From Nitratidesulfovibrio vulgaris str. Hildenborough (GTDB taxonomy: Bacteria; Desulfobacterota; Desulfovibrionia; Desulfovibrionales; Desulfovibrionaceae): 32,000 bases of DNA. Shown here in pieces: positions 22,494-29,467 of the stretch. The notes under the pieces were generated by a model that saw only the letters and a program-made list of their open reading frames with translations, made no database searches and was not told the DNA's origin. Within the stretch, counting starts at the first letter, position 1, and every line of letters starts with the position of its first letter. Position numbers and translations under genes: made by a program. The stretch spans positions 2,940,001 to 2,972,000 of the forward strand of contig NC_002937.3 in NCBI RefSeq assembly GCF_000195755.1. Direction: 5' to 3'.

Positions 22494-23063
22494 TCAGCCC
22501 ACGAGGCCGGCAAGGTCGGTTGCGCGGCTCACCCAGCCGCGAAGGTACTTGGCGCGCCTAGGCGATGCCGCAAGGTCCACATAGAAACGGATGCGACCAA
22601 GACACATGGCGGTGGCAAGACGCGGCTCGCCATACGGAAGACGGCAGAGCGACATGACGGCAGAGAAGGTCTTGCCGCCGAAGATGCCGTCCACGGCCAC
22701 GGGCTGGCCCATGCCGCAAAGGGCCTCTTGCAGGATGCGGACGGCCCGGGTCAGGCCGCAGTTCACGCCCGCATCGAACTGGCAGATGGCAATGCCCTGC
22801 GGCAGCGACTGCAAGCCCGGCCGCAGCCAGAAGTGACGGTGATACAAGGCCGTGGCCTGTTCGGGGGTGAGGCCCCGGATGTCGTCCGCGTCCACATCGC
22901 CATCACCGTCGACATCACCCTCAAGCTGCCCGAGAGAGCGAAGCCAGCGCAGGCTTATGCCGTGGTTGGTCACGCCCCCCGGATCGTCGGCATCATCGGA
23001 GAGGCCGCCCTCGCGCGGGAGCGTGAACTCCATGGCACGCATGAATGCTACGTCGTAGGTCAT
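22494..23063 (-). CDS. endolysin, GH108 lysozyme-like domain + PG_binding_3 domain
   Basis: ATG 23063 shares one nucleotide with the holin stop. EFTLPREGGLSDDADDPGGVTNHGIS is the GH108 catalytic motif. ...FDAGVNCGLTRAVRILQEAL...VDGIFGGKTFSAV is the peptidoglycan-binding module. Confidence 0.9.
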   Translation of the reverse strand: MTYDVAFMRAMEFTLPREGGLSDDADDPGGVTNHGISLRWLRSLGQLEGDVDGDGDVDADDIRGLTPEQATALYHRHFWLRPGLQSLPQGIAICQFDAGVNCGLTRAVRILQEALCGMGQPVAVDGIFGGKTFSAVMSLCRLPYGEPRLATAMCLGRIRFYVDLAASPRRAKYLRGWVSRATDLAGLVG

Positions 23064-23551
23064 CACTTCGTTCCTGAAGCCGCCCGGCCTGCGGGCGGAC
23101 AGATGGTTTCGCGGTAGTCGCGCAGCCGGGTGGAGAGCCACTCCGGAATGGGCACACCGAAGAACTTGAGGTGGTCGAGGCAGCTCATGGCCTCGTTGAC
23201 GCAAAGGTAGAAGACGAAGAACGCCCCCATGGGCACATGGAACAGCGTCCACGCCTTGCCGAGCGCGCCGTCCACGGTGGCCACCACGAACACGGCGGCG
23301 AAGTAGAAGAGGAACTTCCACGCGCCGGCGCGCATCTTGGCCCCGCTGATACGCCTGATGCGACAGGCGCGGACAAAGCCCAGCACGTAGTCGAGCACCA
23401 GCAGAATGGCGAGGAAGGGCAACACGTTGGCCACCCCTCCCAGCATTCCGGCCACCCACGCGAACACGGCAGCAAGAGCGGACTTGAACACAGAGTTCTC
23501 CGTCAGTTCACGGCACTGGATGCCGCACCACAGGGCTAGCTGGTCGAACAT
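23063..23551 (-). CDS. holin (phage_holin_4 / phi LC3-like family)
   Basis: Three to four TM helices are present. LDYVLGFVRA...ISGAKMRAGAWKFLFY...NEAMSCLDHLKFFGVPIPEWL matches the family pattern (..D.itG...S......KK....E..SI.EN....G...P..l). Confidence 0.8.
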   Translation of the reverse strand: MFDQLALWCGIQCRELTENSVFKSALAAVFAWVAGMLGGVANVLPFLAILLVLDYVLGFVRACRIRRISGAKMRAGAWKFLFYFAAVFVVATVDGALGKAWTLFHVPMGAFFVFYLCVNEAMSCLDHLKFFGVPIPEWLSTRLRDYRETICPPAGRAASGTK

Positions 23552-23553
23552 CG

Positions 23554-23901
23554 TCAGGCCTCGGGGGTGTCTCCGGCGGCTTCATCGCCACCGCACCCCG
23601 CCCCGGAATCGGCACCCGCGTCAGCCCCTCCGGAATCGGTCCCCGATTCAGGCGAAGTGTCCTTACGGGCCTTGCCATCAAGCAGGCTGCCAAGCTGGGC
23701 CTGCGGCGAGGTTGCCGGGTCTTCGAGCGTATCCACCGGCTTCAGGATGCGGTCTGCCGGTTCGGCGGCACCCTGTTCCAGCAACTCGTCGGCAAGGTCG
23801 GGGGGCAGTGCCACGACATCGCCCGGGGCGTAGTCCTTGCGGCCTCCCTTGGAACCGTGGGTCACAGCGCACAGCAGACGCACTTTCACGCTCTTGGCCA
23901 T
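23554..23901 (-). CDS. hypothetical protein with Gly/Asp/Ala-rich disordered tail
   Basis: It is tightly packed between the capsid and holin genes. About 50 aa at the N-terminus look folded (VKVRLLCAVTHG..YAPGDVVALPPDLADELLEQGAA), followed by low complexity. Confidence 0.55.
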   Translation of the reverse strand: MAKSVKVRLLCAVTHGSKGGRKDYAPGDVVALPPDLADELLEQGAAEPADRILKPVDTLEDPATSPQAQLGSLLDGKARKDTSPESGTDSGGADAGADSGAGCGGDEAAGDTPEA

Positions 23902-23909
23902 GATCCCTC

Positions 23910-24914
23910 CTAGGCCACCACGGCGGTGACGATGGATGCAGGCTCATAGGTGACGGGCAGCGGGTCGGTCTCGCCCAGCAGCCACAGTACGGAGGGGTCG
24001 CGCTCGGTCCACATCTTGGAGAAGAACTCGGCCTGCACCCCGCCGGGGCCTGCATCGAGGTCCTCGATGAGGCCGAACTCGAGCACGGCACGGGCCTTGG
24101 AGGAGAAGAGCGCCACCTTGTTGGCGGGCCATATCTCGCGGGCGGTGTCGGTGGCGTCGAAGAAGCTGCCGCCGTAGGTGTAGACCTGAAGCCCGCCGTA
24201 GTAGCCCTTGAAGTCCGCCGCGAAGTCGGGGGCGAGAAGCCCGCCCTCGACACGGCGCAGGTCGAGCCGTTCCTTGACCTTGGCGTGCGAGAGGAAGGCG
24301 TTGCAGGCCGTGGTGCCGAGAATGAGCACGTCAGGCGCGTAGCCCGTGGCGTCCTTGGTCTTCTTCGTCCACGCCTCGAGGTCGGCGTTGGGGTCGCTGC
24401 CCGTATCCGACCATTTTGCGGTGCCGGTGAGCGTGACCTTGTGCTCGGCGGGCATACCGAAGTCGTAGGCCAGACCAAGTTCGGGGATGGTCAGGGCACC
24501 CTGCAGCACATCGGCGCAGGCCTTCTCCACGGTAAGGTCGAGGCGACGCCGCAGGTCTTGCAGTTCCACGGCAAGGTTCTTCTGCGCGGCCTGCTCCAGA
24601 CTCTGGCCTCCGGCCACATAGGGTGCCATGCCGGAAGGCCGGGCGAGGATCTTCTCGGGGTCGAGCTGCTTCTTGGGCCGCAGCTTGGGGAACTGCAGAA
24701 AGGAGGTCGAACGGCGCGTGTTCTCGAGGATGGTCCCGCCCTTCACGGCGGAGGTGTACGGCACGACCTTGTTCTTGAAGCGGTCCGCGTCGAACTGGAG
24801 GATCTTCGCGGGGTTGGAGATGCGCTCGCGGAAGAGGATCTTCTGCAGCAGCCCGGGCTGGCCGGGCATGACCTGTACGGCCTCGGTCAGGTAGCGAAAG
24901 TCGAAGTAGTCCAT
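23910..24914 (-). CDS. major capsid protein, lambda gpE family
   Basis: At 334 aa, with MDYFDFRYLTEAVQVMP...LQFD...VPYTS... and its position after a gpD-like gene, it is a typical Phage_cap_E protein. Confidence 0.9.
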   Translation of the reverse strand: MDYFDFRYLTEAVQVMPGQPGLLQKILFRERISNPAKILQFDADRFKNKVVPYTSAVKGGTILENTRRSTSFLQFPKLRPKKQLDPEKILARPSGMAPYVAGGQSLEQAAQKNLAVELQDLRRRLDLTVEKACADVLQGALTIPELGLAYDFGMPAEHKVTLTGTAKWSDTGSDPNADLEAWTKKTKDATGYAPDVLILGTTACNAFLSHAKVKERLDLRRVEGGLLAPDFAADFKGYYGGLQVYTYGGSFFDATDTAREIWPANKVALFSSKARAVLEFGLIEDLDAGPGGVQAEFFSKMWTERDPSVLWLLGETDPLPVTYEPASIVTAVVA

Positions 24915-24925
24915 GAAGGTTCTCC

Positions 24926-25309
24926 CTAGGCGGGCTGGTTGAGGGTCACGAAGATGCCCGCATCACGAAGCGCGGCGATGGCTGCGGCCTTCTGCGGTGC
25001 CGTGATGCCCTGCGGCCACACCAGCCCGCGGTCGAGCGCTTCGCAGTGGGTGTAGGCCACCGCCACGAGATCGCCCGAAGCGGGCACGCTGCAATCTTCA
25101 GCGAGAATGTGCGTGGGGGTCTGGCTGCCGTCGGACGCGCCGGGGGCGAGTTCCTTGAGCTTGCCCGACGCCGTGACGACGGCGAGCACGGTACCGGCCA
25201 TGAGGTCACGCGCCGCGCCCGATGATGCGATGGTGACGGATTCCATCAGCGGCGGATGCGCGCCAAGGAACGGGACGAACGTCTTCTCGTAGGTGGTCAC
25301 GCCATTCAT
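24926..25309 (-). CDS. head decoration protein, lambda gpD-like
   Basis: ...MAGTVLAVVTASGKLKEL...THILAEDCSV...VAVAYTHCEALDRGLVWPQGITAPQKAAAIAALRDAGIFV parallels gpD (...VGILAVAAD...FYKSGTFRYEDVLWPE...). Confidence 0.8.
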   Translation of the reverse strand: MNGVTTYEKTFVPFLGAHPPLMESVTIASSGAARDLMAGTVLAVVTASGKLKELAPGASDGSQTPTHILAEDCSVPASGDLVAVAYTHCEALDRGLVWPQGITAPQKAAAIAALRDAGIFVTLNQPA

Positions 25310-25318
25310 GGACGGCTC

Positions 25319-25762
25319 CTATCGGGTCAGCAGCCCGGCCATGCGCTGGCCGAACTGTGCAGGGGTTTCCGCACCGGGGTTGCCGGGAACGCCGGAAAGC
25401 GGCGCGGCGTGGGCACCGACGATGCCAGCGAGGATGCGCTCCTCATGGCTGGCGCTCGGTTCCTCATGCCGGGGCCGGGCTTCAGTCGTGGCCTGCGCTG
25501 CGGGCTTGGGCAGCAGCGACGCCACGGCTTCGATCTGCGACGCGGAAAGGTTCTGCTCGAGCAGTGCCTGCACGCGGCTTGCAGCCTCGTCGCCCGCCAC
25601 GGCCCTGACCGCAGCAAGGCACGCCTGCTGCTTGTCGCCGAGGCCCGTCGTGGCCTTCTCTTCGAACTGGGTACGAGCGGCAGCCACGGCCTTCTCTGCG
25701 GCCTCGCGCTCGATGGACGCCAGCAGTTCGGGGTGCTGGCTGGCAAGGTTCGCCCTGTCCAT
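25319..25762 (-). CDS. possible nested in-frame scaffold protein (lambda Nu3-like arrangement)
   Basis: In-frame ATG 25762 lies 6 nt after a perfect AAGGAG (complement of 25769-25774). The product would start MDRANLASQHPELLASIEREAAEKAV... Confidence 0.45.
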   Translation of the reverse strand: MDRANLASQHPELLASIEREAAEKAVAAARTQFEEKATTGLGDKQQACLAAVRAVAGDEAASRVQALLEQNLSASQIEAVASLLPKPAAQATTEARPRHEEPSASHEERILAGIVGAHAAPLSGVPGNPGAETPAQFGQRMAGLLTR

Positions 25763-26638
25763 GGTCATCTCCTTGGCAAGGGTTGCTATGGCCGCTTCGC
25801 GGTCGGCCACGATGGCGGTAACGAGGCCCTGTGGCGCTTCGGAGGCGACAAAAACCTTGCCGTCCGCCCACGTCGTCAGGTTCGCGGCGTCGAGTCCCAT
25901 GCTCGCGCTCACCCCGTCGGTGAAATGTCTGTAGAGAGCGGTCAGCCGTTCCTGCAGGTAGGCACGCTCGTTGTCGGCAAGGGGGGTGTCGGGGTTGCCC
26001 ACGGCCTTCCACTGGCCCGCCGTCAGATAGGCGTAGGAAAGGCCGGCCTTCTCGTTCCACTTGGACCAGTTCTCGTAGACCGAGATCACGCCGATGCTGC
26101 CCACGGTGGCCGTGGCAGGTGCCAGCACCCGCCCCGTTGCCGAGCCGATCATGTAGGCGGCGCTGGCCATGAGGCCGTTGGCATACGCAGCCATGGGCTT
26201 CGTGCCCTTGGCGCGTTCGGCACCGATGTAGTCGGCAAGCTCCTTCATGCCCGCCACGGTCCCGCCCGGGCTGGCCACATCCAGCAGGATGGCGCGCACG
26301 CCCCTGTCGGCAAGGGCCGAGGCAATGGCCGGGCGAATCTGGTCGAGCATGCCGGTGGTGTATCCGTAGCCCCAAGACCAGCTTCGGCGGGGCGTGAGCA
26401 TGCCCATGACCGGGATGACGGCGACGCCATCACACAGTTCATAAGGGCGCTCTTCGCCTCCGGACACGCCGAAGGTGGCCGCCCTCTCCTCGCCGTGCGG
26501 GGGGGATGCATCGGCAGGGAGAGGACGACCGGGGTCACCGGAGGCGTCGGCATGGCGAAAGGCCGAGAAGAAATGTCCAAGGGCTTCGGGCATGGCGGCC
26601 CACATGCGCTCGGCAAAAAGGTCATGCAGTTGCGGCAT
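25319..26638 (-). CDS. S49-family prohead protease with C-terminal scaffold region (lambda gpC-like)
   Basis: ATG 26638 is preceded by GAGGAGG. ILLDVASPGGTVAGM...AYANGLMASAAYMIGSA is the SppA/S49 motif. The C-terminal ~150 aa are Ala/Glu-rich and helical. Confidence 0.9.
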   Translation of the reverse strand: MPQLHDLFAERMWAAMPEALGHFFSAFRHADASGDPGRPLPADASPPHGEERAATFGVSGGEERPYELCDGVAVIPVMGMLTPRRSWSWGYGYTTGMLDQIRPAIASALADRGVRAILLDVASPGGTVAGMKELADYIGAERAKGTKPMAAYANGLMASAAYMIGSATGRVLAPATATVGSIGVISVYENWSKWNEKAGLSYAYLTAGQWKAVGNPDTPLADNERAYLQERLTALYRHFTDGVSASMGLDAANLTTWADGKVFVASEAPQGLVTAIVADREAAIATLAKEMTMDRANLASQHPELLASIEREAAEKAVAAARTQFEEKATTGLGDKQQACLAAVRAVAGDEAASRVQALLEQNLSASQIEAVASLLPKPAAQATTEARPRHEEPSASHEERILAGIVGAHAAPLSGVPGNPGAETPAQFGQRMAGLLTR

Positions 26639-28322
26639 CGTCGCCCTCCTCGGCATCGTCGTGGTTGGTGTCTCCGTCGCCTTCGTCGTCGGACGGGAAG
26701 GCATCGTCTTCCGCCGGTGCGCCCGCCACGGAACTGGCGGCGTCGAGACGTGCGGCAAGACGTGGCGCAAGGCGCTGCATGAGGCGGTCCTCGTAGCCAC
26801 GGGCCGCCCAGACGTCCTCCACGGCAAGCCCCCGTTCACCGAGAATCTCGCCGTAAGTGGAAAGGCCGCTTTCGATGAGCGAGATGTTGGCCTTGGCTTC
26901 CTTGACGGGGTCGATGTAGCCGCGCCCCGGCCCTATCCACATGGAGGCGGTCCAGAGGGGCAACGCCTCGTAGAAGCCGGGGGCGGACGTGGGCAGGGAG
27001 ATGAGGCCGCGCAGGTACGCCTCTTCGATGACCATGCGGTAGATGGGCTGGCAGTAAGAACGCGCCTGCCACTGACGCCACAGCATGTAGACGCGCCACG
27101 CCTCGAGCAGGGCCGCGCGGGCGCTGGAGTAGTTGGTCTTGGAGAAGTCTTTCAGCAGGGCCTCGTAGGGTATGCCCGCCGATGCGCCCATGGCCCGCAC
27201 CACGAAGTTGACGAAGCCCGTCCAGTTGGCACCGGGGCGGTCGCTGGAGAGCGGCTTCACGTCGTCGCCGGGGTTGCCATAGAGCACCTGCCCGGGGGCG
27301 TAACTCTGGTGGTAGACGCGCTCTTGCCCGCCCTGCCCTCCGGGTCCCTGCTGGAACTGCCCGAGGTAGTCCTCGACACCCTGCGTACCGTCGGCCACCT
27401 TGATGAACAGCGGAAAGCTCGCCGCCACAATCTGCCCGATAAGCTCGTATTCGAGGCTGTCGGCCAAGTGCCTGAACAGCTTGAGCGCCGGTGAGAGGAT
27501 AGGCTCGCCCCGGTACTGCTCCTCGCTGGTGCGGCGAAAGCAGTGGAACGCCCCCGGACGGTGGAACAGCCTGTGCGGAATACGCCTGAAGCTGTCGCTG
27601 CCAAGTGCCCCCCAGCCAAGCCGACCGCTCCAGAGGTCCGGCGCAGGTTCCGCTACCCACAGGGCGCAGGGCCTGCCAAGTCGGTCGAGTTCCACACCGT
27701 CACGCATATTGTGCATGGCGCGCTTGTCGGACGGGGTGCAGAGCCTCTCCGGATGCACGGGCTGCATGCGAAGACCGAGAAAGCCCCCCTCCTTCGTCGC
27801 ATCCACCATGACCGGAATGTGCAGCATCTCGCCGTGGACGAGCGTTGACCGCAGCCCCATGAACTGAAGGTCTGCGAAGTGCTGCCCTTCAAGACCGGCA
27901 GACTCGCACCACAGTCTGAAGATGGACTCCATCCTGTCGCCGATGTCGCGCGCCTGCTCTTCGTCAAGGCCCAGCAACGCCGCCGGAATGGTGGACTGCG
28001 GAAACAGACCGTTGGCCCCCACCGCATTGAGTGTGATGGTGTCCACCATGGAACGCCCGGCCCAGTCGTTGGCGACAAGGTCCTCACTCCGGGTGGATGC
28101 GGTGGTGCGCTCCTGCCCGCCCGCCACAAGGCTGGGTCGCCAAGGCCGATAGTTGGACAGCGTGCCCCTGAAGGCCCCGGCGTCGCGCGAGACAGGCTGC
28201 ACGACGCCGGGAACCAGCGGGGAGGAGGCACGACCGACAACCGAAGGACCGAATGAGGCACGAGTGCCCTGACAGGCAGAACGCCTGAACGGGCGGCGGG
28301 CATGTGGACGAAGGGCGGGCAT
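26622..28322 (-). CDS. portal protein, lambda gpB family
   Basis: The 566-aa product lies between gpW-like and protease genes. ...ANDWAGRSMVDTITLNAVG.NGL.PQS... and an acidic C-terminus are typical of Phage_portal_2. Confidence 0.9.
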   Translation of the reverse strand: MPALRPHARRPFRRSACQGTRASFGPSVVGRASSPLVPGVVQPVSRDAGAFRGTLSNYRPWRPSLVAGGQERTTASTRSEDLVANDWAGRSMVDTITLNAVGANGLFPQSTIPAALLGLDEEQARDIGDRMESIFRLWCESAGLEGQHFADLQFMGLRSTLVHGEMLHIPVMVDATKEGGFLGLRMQPVHPERLCTPSDKRAMHNMRDGVELDRLGRPCALWVAEPAPDLWSGRLGWGALGSDSFRRIPHRLFHRPGAFHCFRRTSEEQYRGEPILSPALKLFRHLADSLEYELIGQIVAASFPLFIKVADGTQGVEDYLGQFQQGPGGQGGQERVYHQSYAPGQVLYGNPGDDVKPLSSDRPGANWTGFVNFVVRAMGASAGIPYEALLKDFSKTNYSSARAALLEAWRVYMLWRQWQARSYCQPIYRMVIEEAYLRGLISLPTSAPGFYEALPLWTASMWIGPGRGYIDPVKEAKANISLIESGLSTYGEILGERGLAVEDVWAARGYEDRLMQRLAPRLAARLDAASSVAGAPAEDDAFPSDDEGDGDTNHDDAEEGDDAATA

Positions 28323-28325
28323 CCG

Positions 28326-28574
28326 CTACCCCCGTGCGATGACGGGCCGCACGGTGAGCGGCCCGGGGCGACGTGGACGCCCTGACTGCGCGGCAAGCAG
28401 CAACTGCCGTTCGCGCTGCAGGTACGCCAGTTGTTCGCGGATTTCAGGCAGCGAATGATGGCGGACGCTTTGCCCGCTAATCGTGTATTCGCGGCCCGAG
28501 GCGACAGCCAGCAAGGCTGCCTTCCAGTCCGCTATCAGCGCGTCGAGTTCTTCAAGGGTCCAGATGGTAGACAT
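28326..28574 (-). CDS. head-to-tail joining protein, lambda gpW-like
   Basis: LEELDALIADWKAALLAVASGREYTISGQSVRHHSLPEIREQLAYLQRE parallels gpW ([45 protein letters not shown]). The start is ATG 28574 or ATG 28601. Confidence 0.75.
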   Translation of the reverse strand: MSTIWTLEELDALIADWKAALLAVASGREYTISGQSVRHHSLPEIREQLAYLQRERQLLLAAQSGRPRRPGPLTVRPVIARG

Positions 28575-28608
28575 GCCGGCAACGTAGTACGCTGCCGGCA
28601 TGTTGTCG

Positions 28609-28638
28609 TGGAGCTAGTGGGGCTTATGGAGCTAGTGG
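28609..28638. repeat. direct repeat TGGAGCTAGTGG x2, 18-bp register
   Basis: Exact 12-mers at 28609-28620 and 28627-28638, just upstream (minus-strand sense) of gpW. Confidence 0.8.
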
Positions 28639-28715
28639 AGAAAGAGTTGAGAAAACGCTGTTTTTTTCTCATCACTCGTCGGCGGTTCTGGCCCATTTCT
28701 GCGGACGGAAAGGGT

Positions 28716-28804
28716 GTCCATGATTACCGACTCCCCCTTTGTTGCGAAAGGGCGTCGGCATTACCGACACCCCTTCGGTGCTAGATGGTGTCGGCATTAC
28801 CGAC
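28716..28804. repeat. three tandem ~36-bp units carrying the palindrome GTCGGCATTACCGAC
   Basis: Perfect 15-bp palindromic copies lie at 28754-28768 and 28790-28804. A degenerate copy (GTCCATGATTACCGAC) lies at 28716-28731. The units also share flanking CC(C)TTT / AAGGG motifs. Confidence 0.8.
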
Positions 28805-28827
28805 TCCATCGGCGTAATAGGCAGAGC

Positions 28828-29256
28828 CTATAGCACTCTCACATCTTCCACCGGCACGAGCCTCATGCCTCCCCCAACCCTGGCCACCCCCACAAACCAG
28901 TGACCGGAAGCATCACGGAGGGGGCCTTCGGTCAGCACAAAGGTGACATCACGCAATGCAAGCCCCGCAAAGCTACGCCCGTTAGGAACCGACACCCGCA
29001 TTCCCCGCGACAGAGGAGGCAGCGAGTCGGGAGTAAACTCTTGCCCGGTCAACGCCGTTGCCAACATTGTCGCGATTTCAGCTATGGAGTGATAGGCATG
29101 CACGCCGGAACGTCCGTCTGCCCATCGCCCATTGATACGAAGCCTGAAGCACCCCGAAGGTTCTCCCCACTCGGACGCATCATAGAGTTCGACCTTCTGC
29201 CGCCTTGCCCCGTTTTTTAGGCAAAAAGACGAGTATGGCTTACGCCTTTCAGACAT
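28828..29256 (-). CDS. hypothetical 142-aa protein (moron)
   Basis: The ATG overlaps the HTH_17 gene end by 8 nt. I recognise no domain. Product: MSERRKPYSSFCLKNGARRQKVELYDASEWGEPSGCFRLRINGRWADG... Confidence 0.6.
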   Translation of the reverse strand: MSERRKPYSSFCLKNGARRQKVELYDASEWGEPSGCFRLRINGRWADGRSGVHAYHSIAEIATMLATALTGQEFTPDSLPPLSRGMRVSVPNGRSFAGLALRDVTFVLTEGPLRDASGHWFVGVARVGGGMRLVPVEDVRVL

Positions 29257-29467
29257 GATTTTGCCTCAATTCCCGTTCATCTTGCCGCCGCGCCAAATAG
29301 TTCAGGCAATCTTGCTCCAGCACACGAACGCCCCGAACAACACCATGCCTGTAAGACGGTATTTCTCCCGAGTTCACGAGGTTGTAGAAGTGACTCTGGC
29401 TGCACCCAAGCAGCGTGCATGCCTGCCTCCAGTTGAGCTTGCGGCCCAAATCGTTCCCGCTATTCAT
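29249..29467 (-). CDS. excisionase/AlpA-type HTH_17 DNA-binding protein (72 aa)
   Basis: ATG 29467 overlaps the terminase stop (ATGA). LNWRQACTLLGCSQSHFYNLVNSGEIPSYRHGVVRGVRVLEQDCLNYL matches the HTH_17 pattern. The longer track ORF to 29623 lies inside the terminase gene. Confidence 0.75.
   Translation of the reverse strand: MNSGNDLGRKLNWRQACTLLGCSQSHFYNLVNSGEIPSYRHGVVRGVRVLEQDCLNYLARRQDERELRQNHV

Noticed and set aside
21896-22513. 205-aa minus-strand ORF spanning the lipoprotein region.
   Set aside because: It is an alternative frame to the lipoprotein gene, which has an AGGAGG RBS and a lipobox signal peptide, and to the 55-aa ORF. Its product is Arg/Pro/Gly-rich with no RBS.
23678-24478. 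266-aa minus-strand alternative-frame ORF inside the capsid region.
   Set aside because: It is an out-of-frame overlap with the gpE-type major capsid gene, and its product is Pro/Arg/Ser/Thr low complexity.
28716-28804. Considered whether the ~36-bp repeats are a mini CRISPR array.
   Set aside because: The units are contiguous, with no unique spacers between them. There are only three, one is degenerate, and no cas genes are present.
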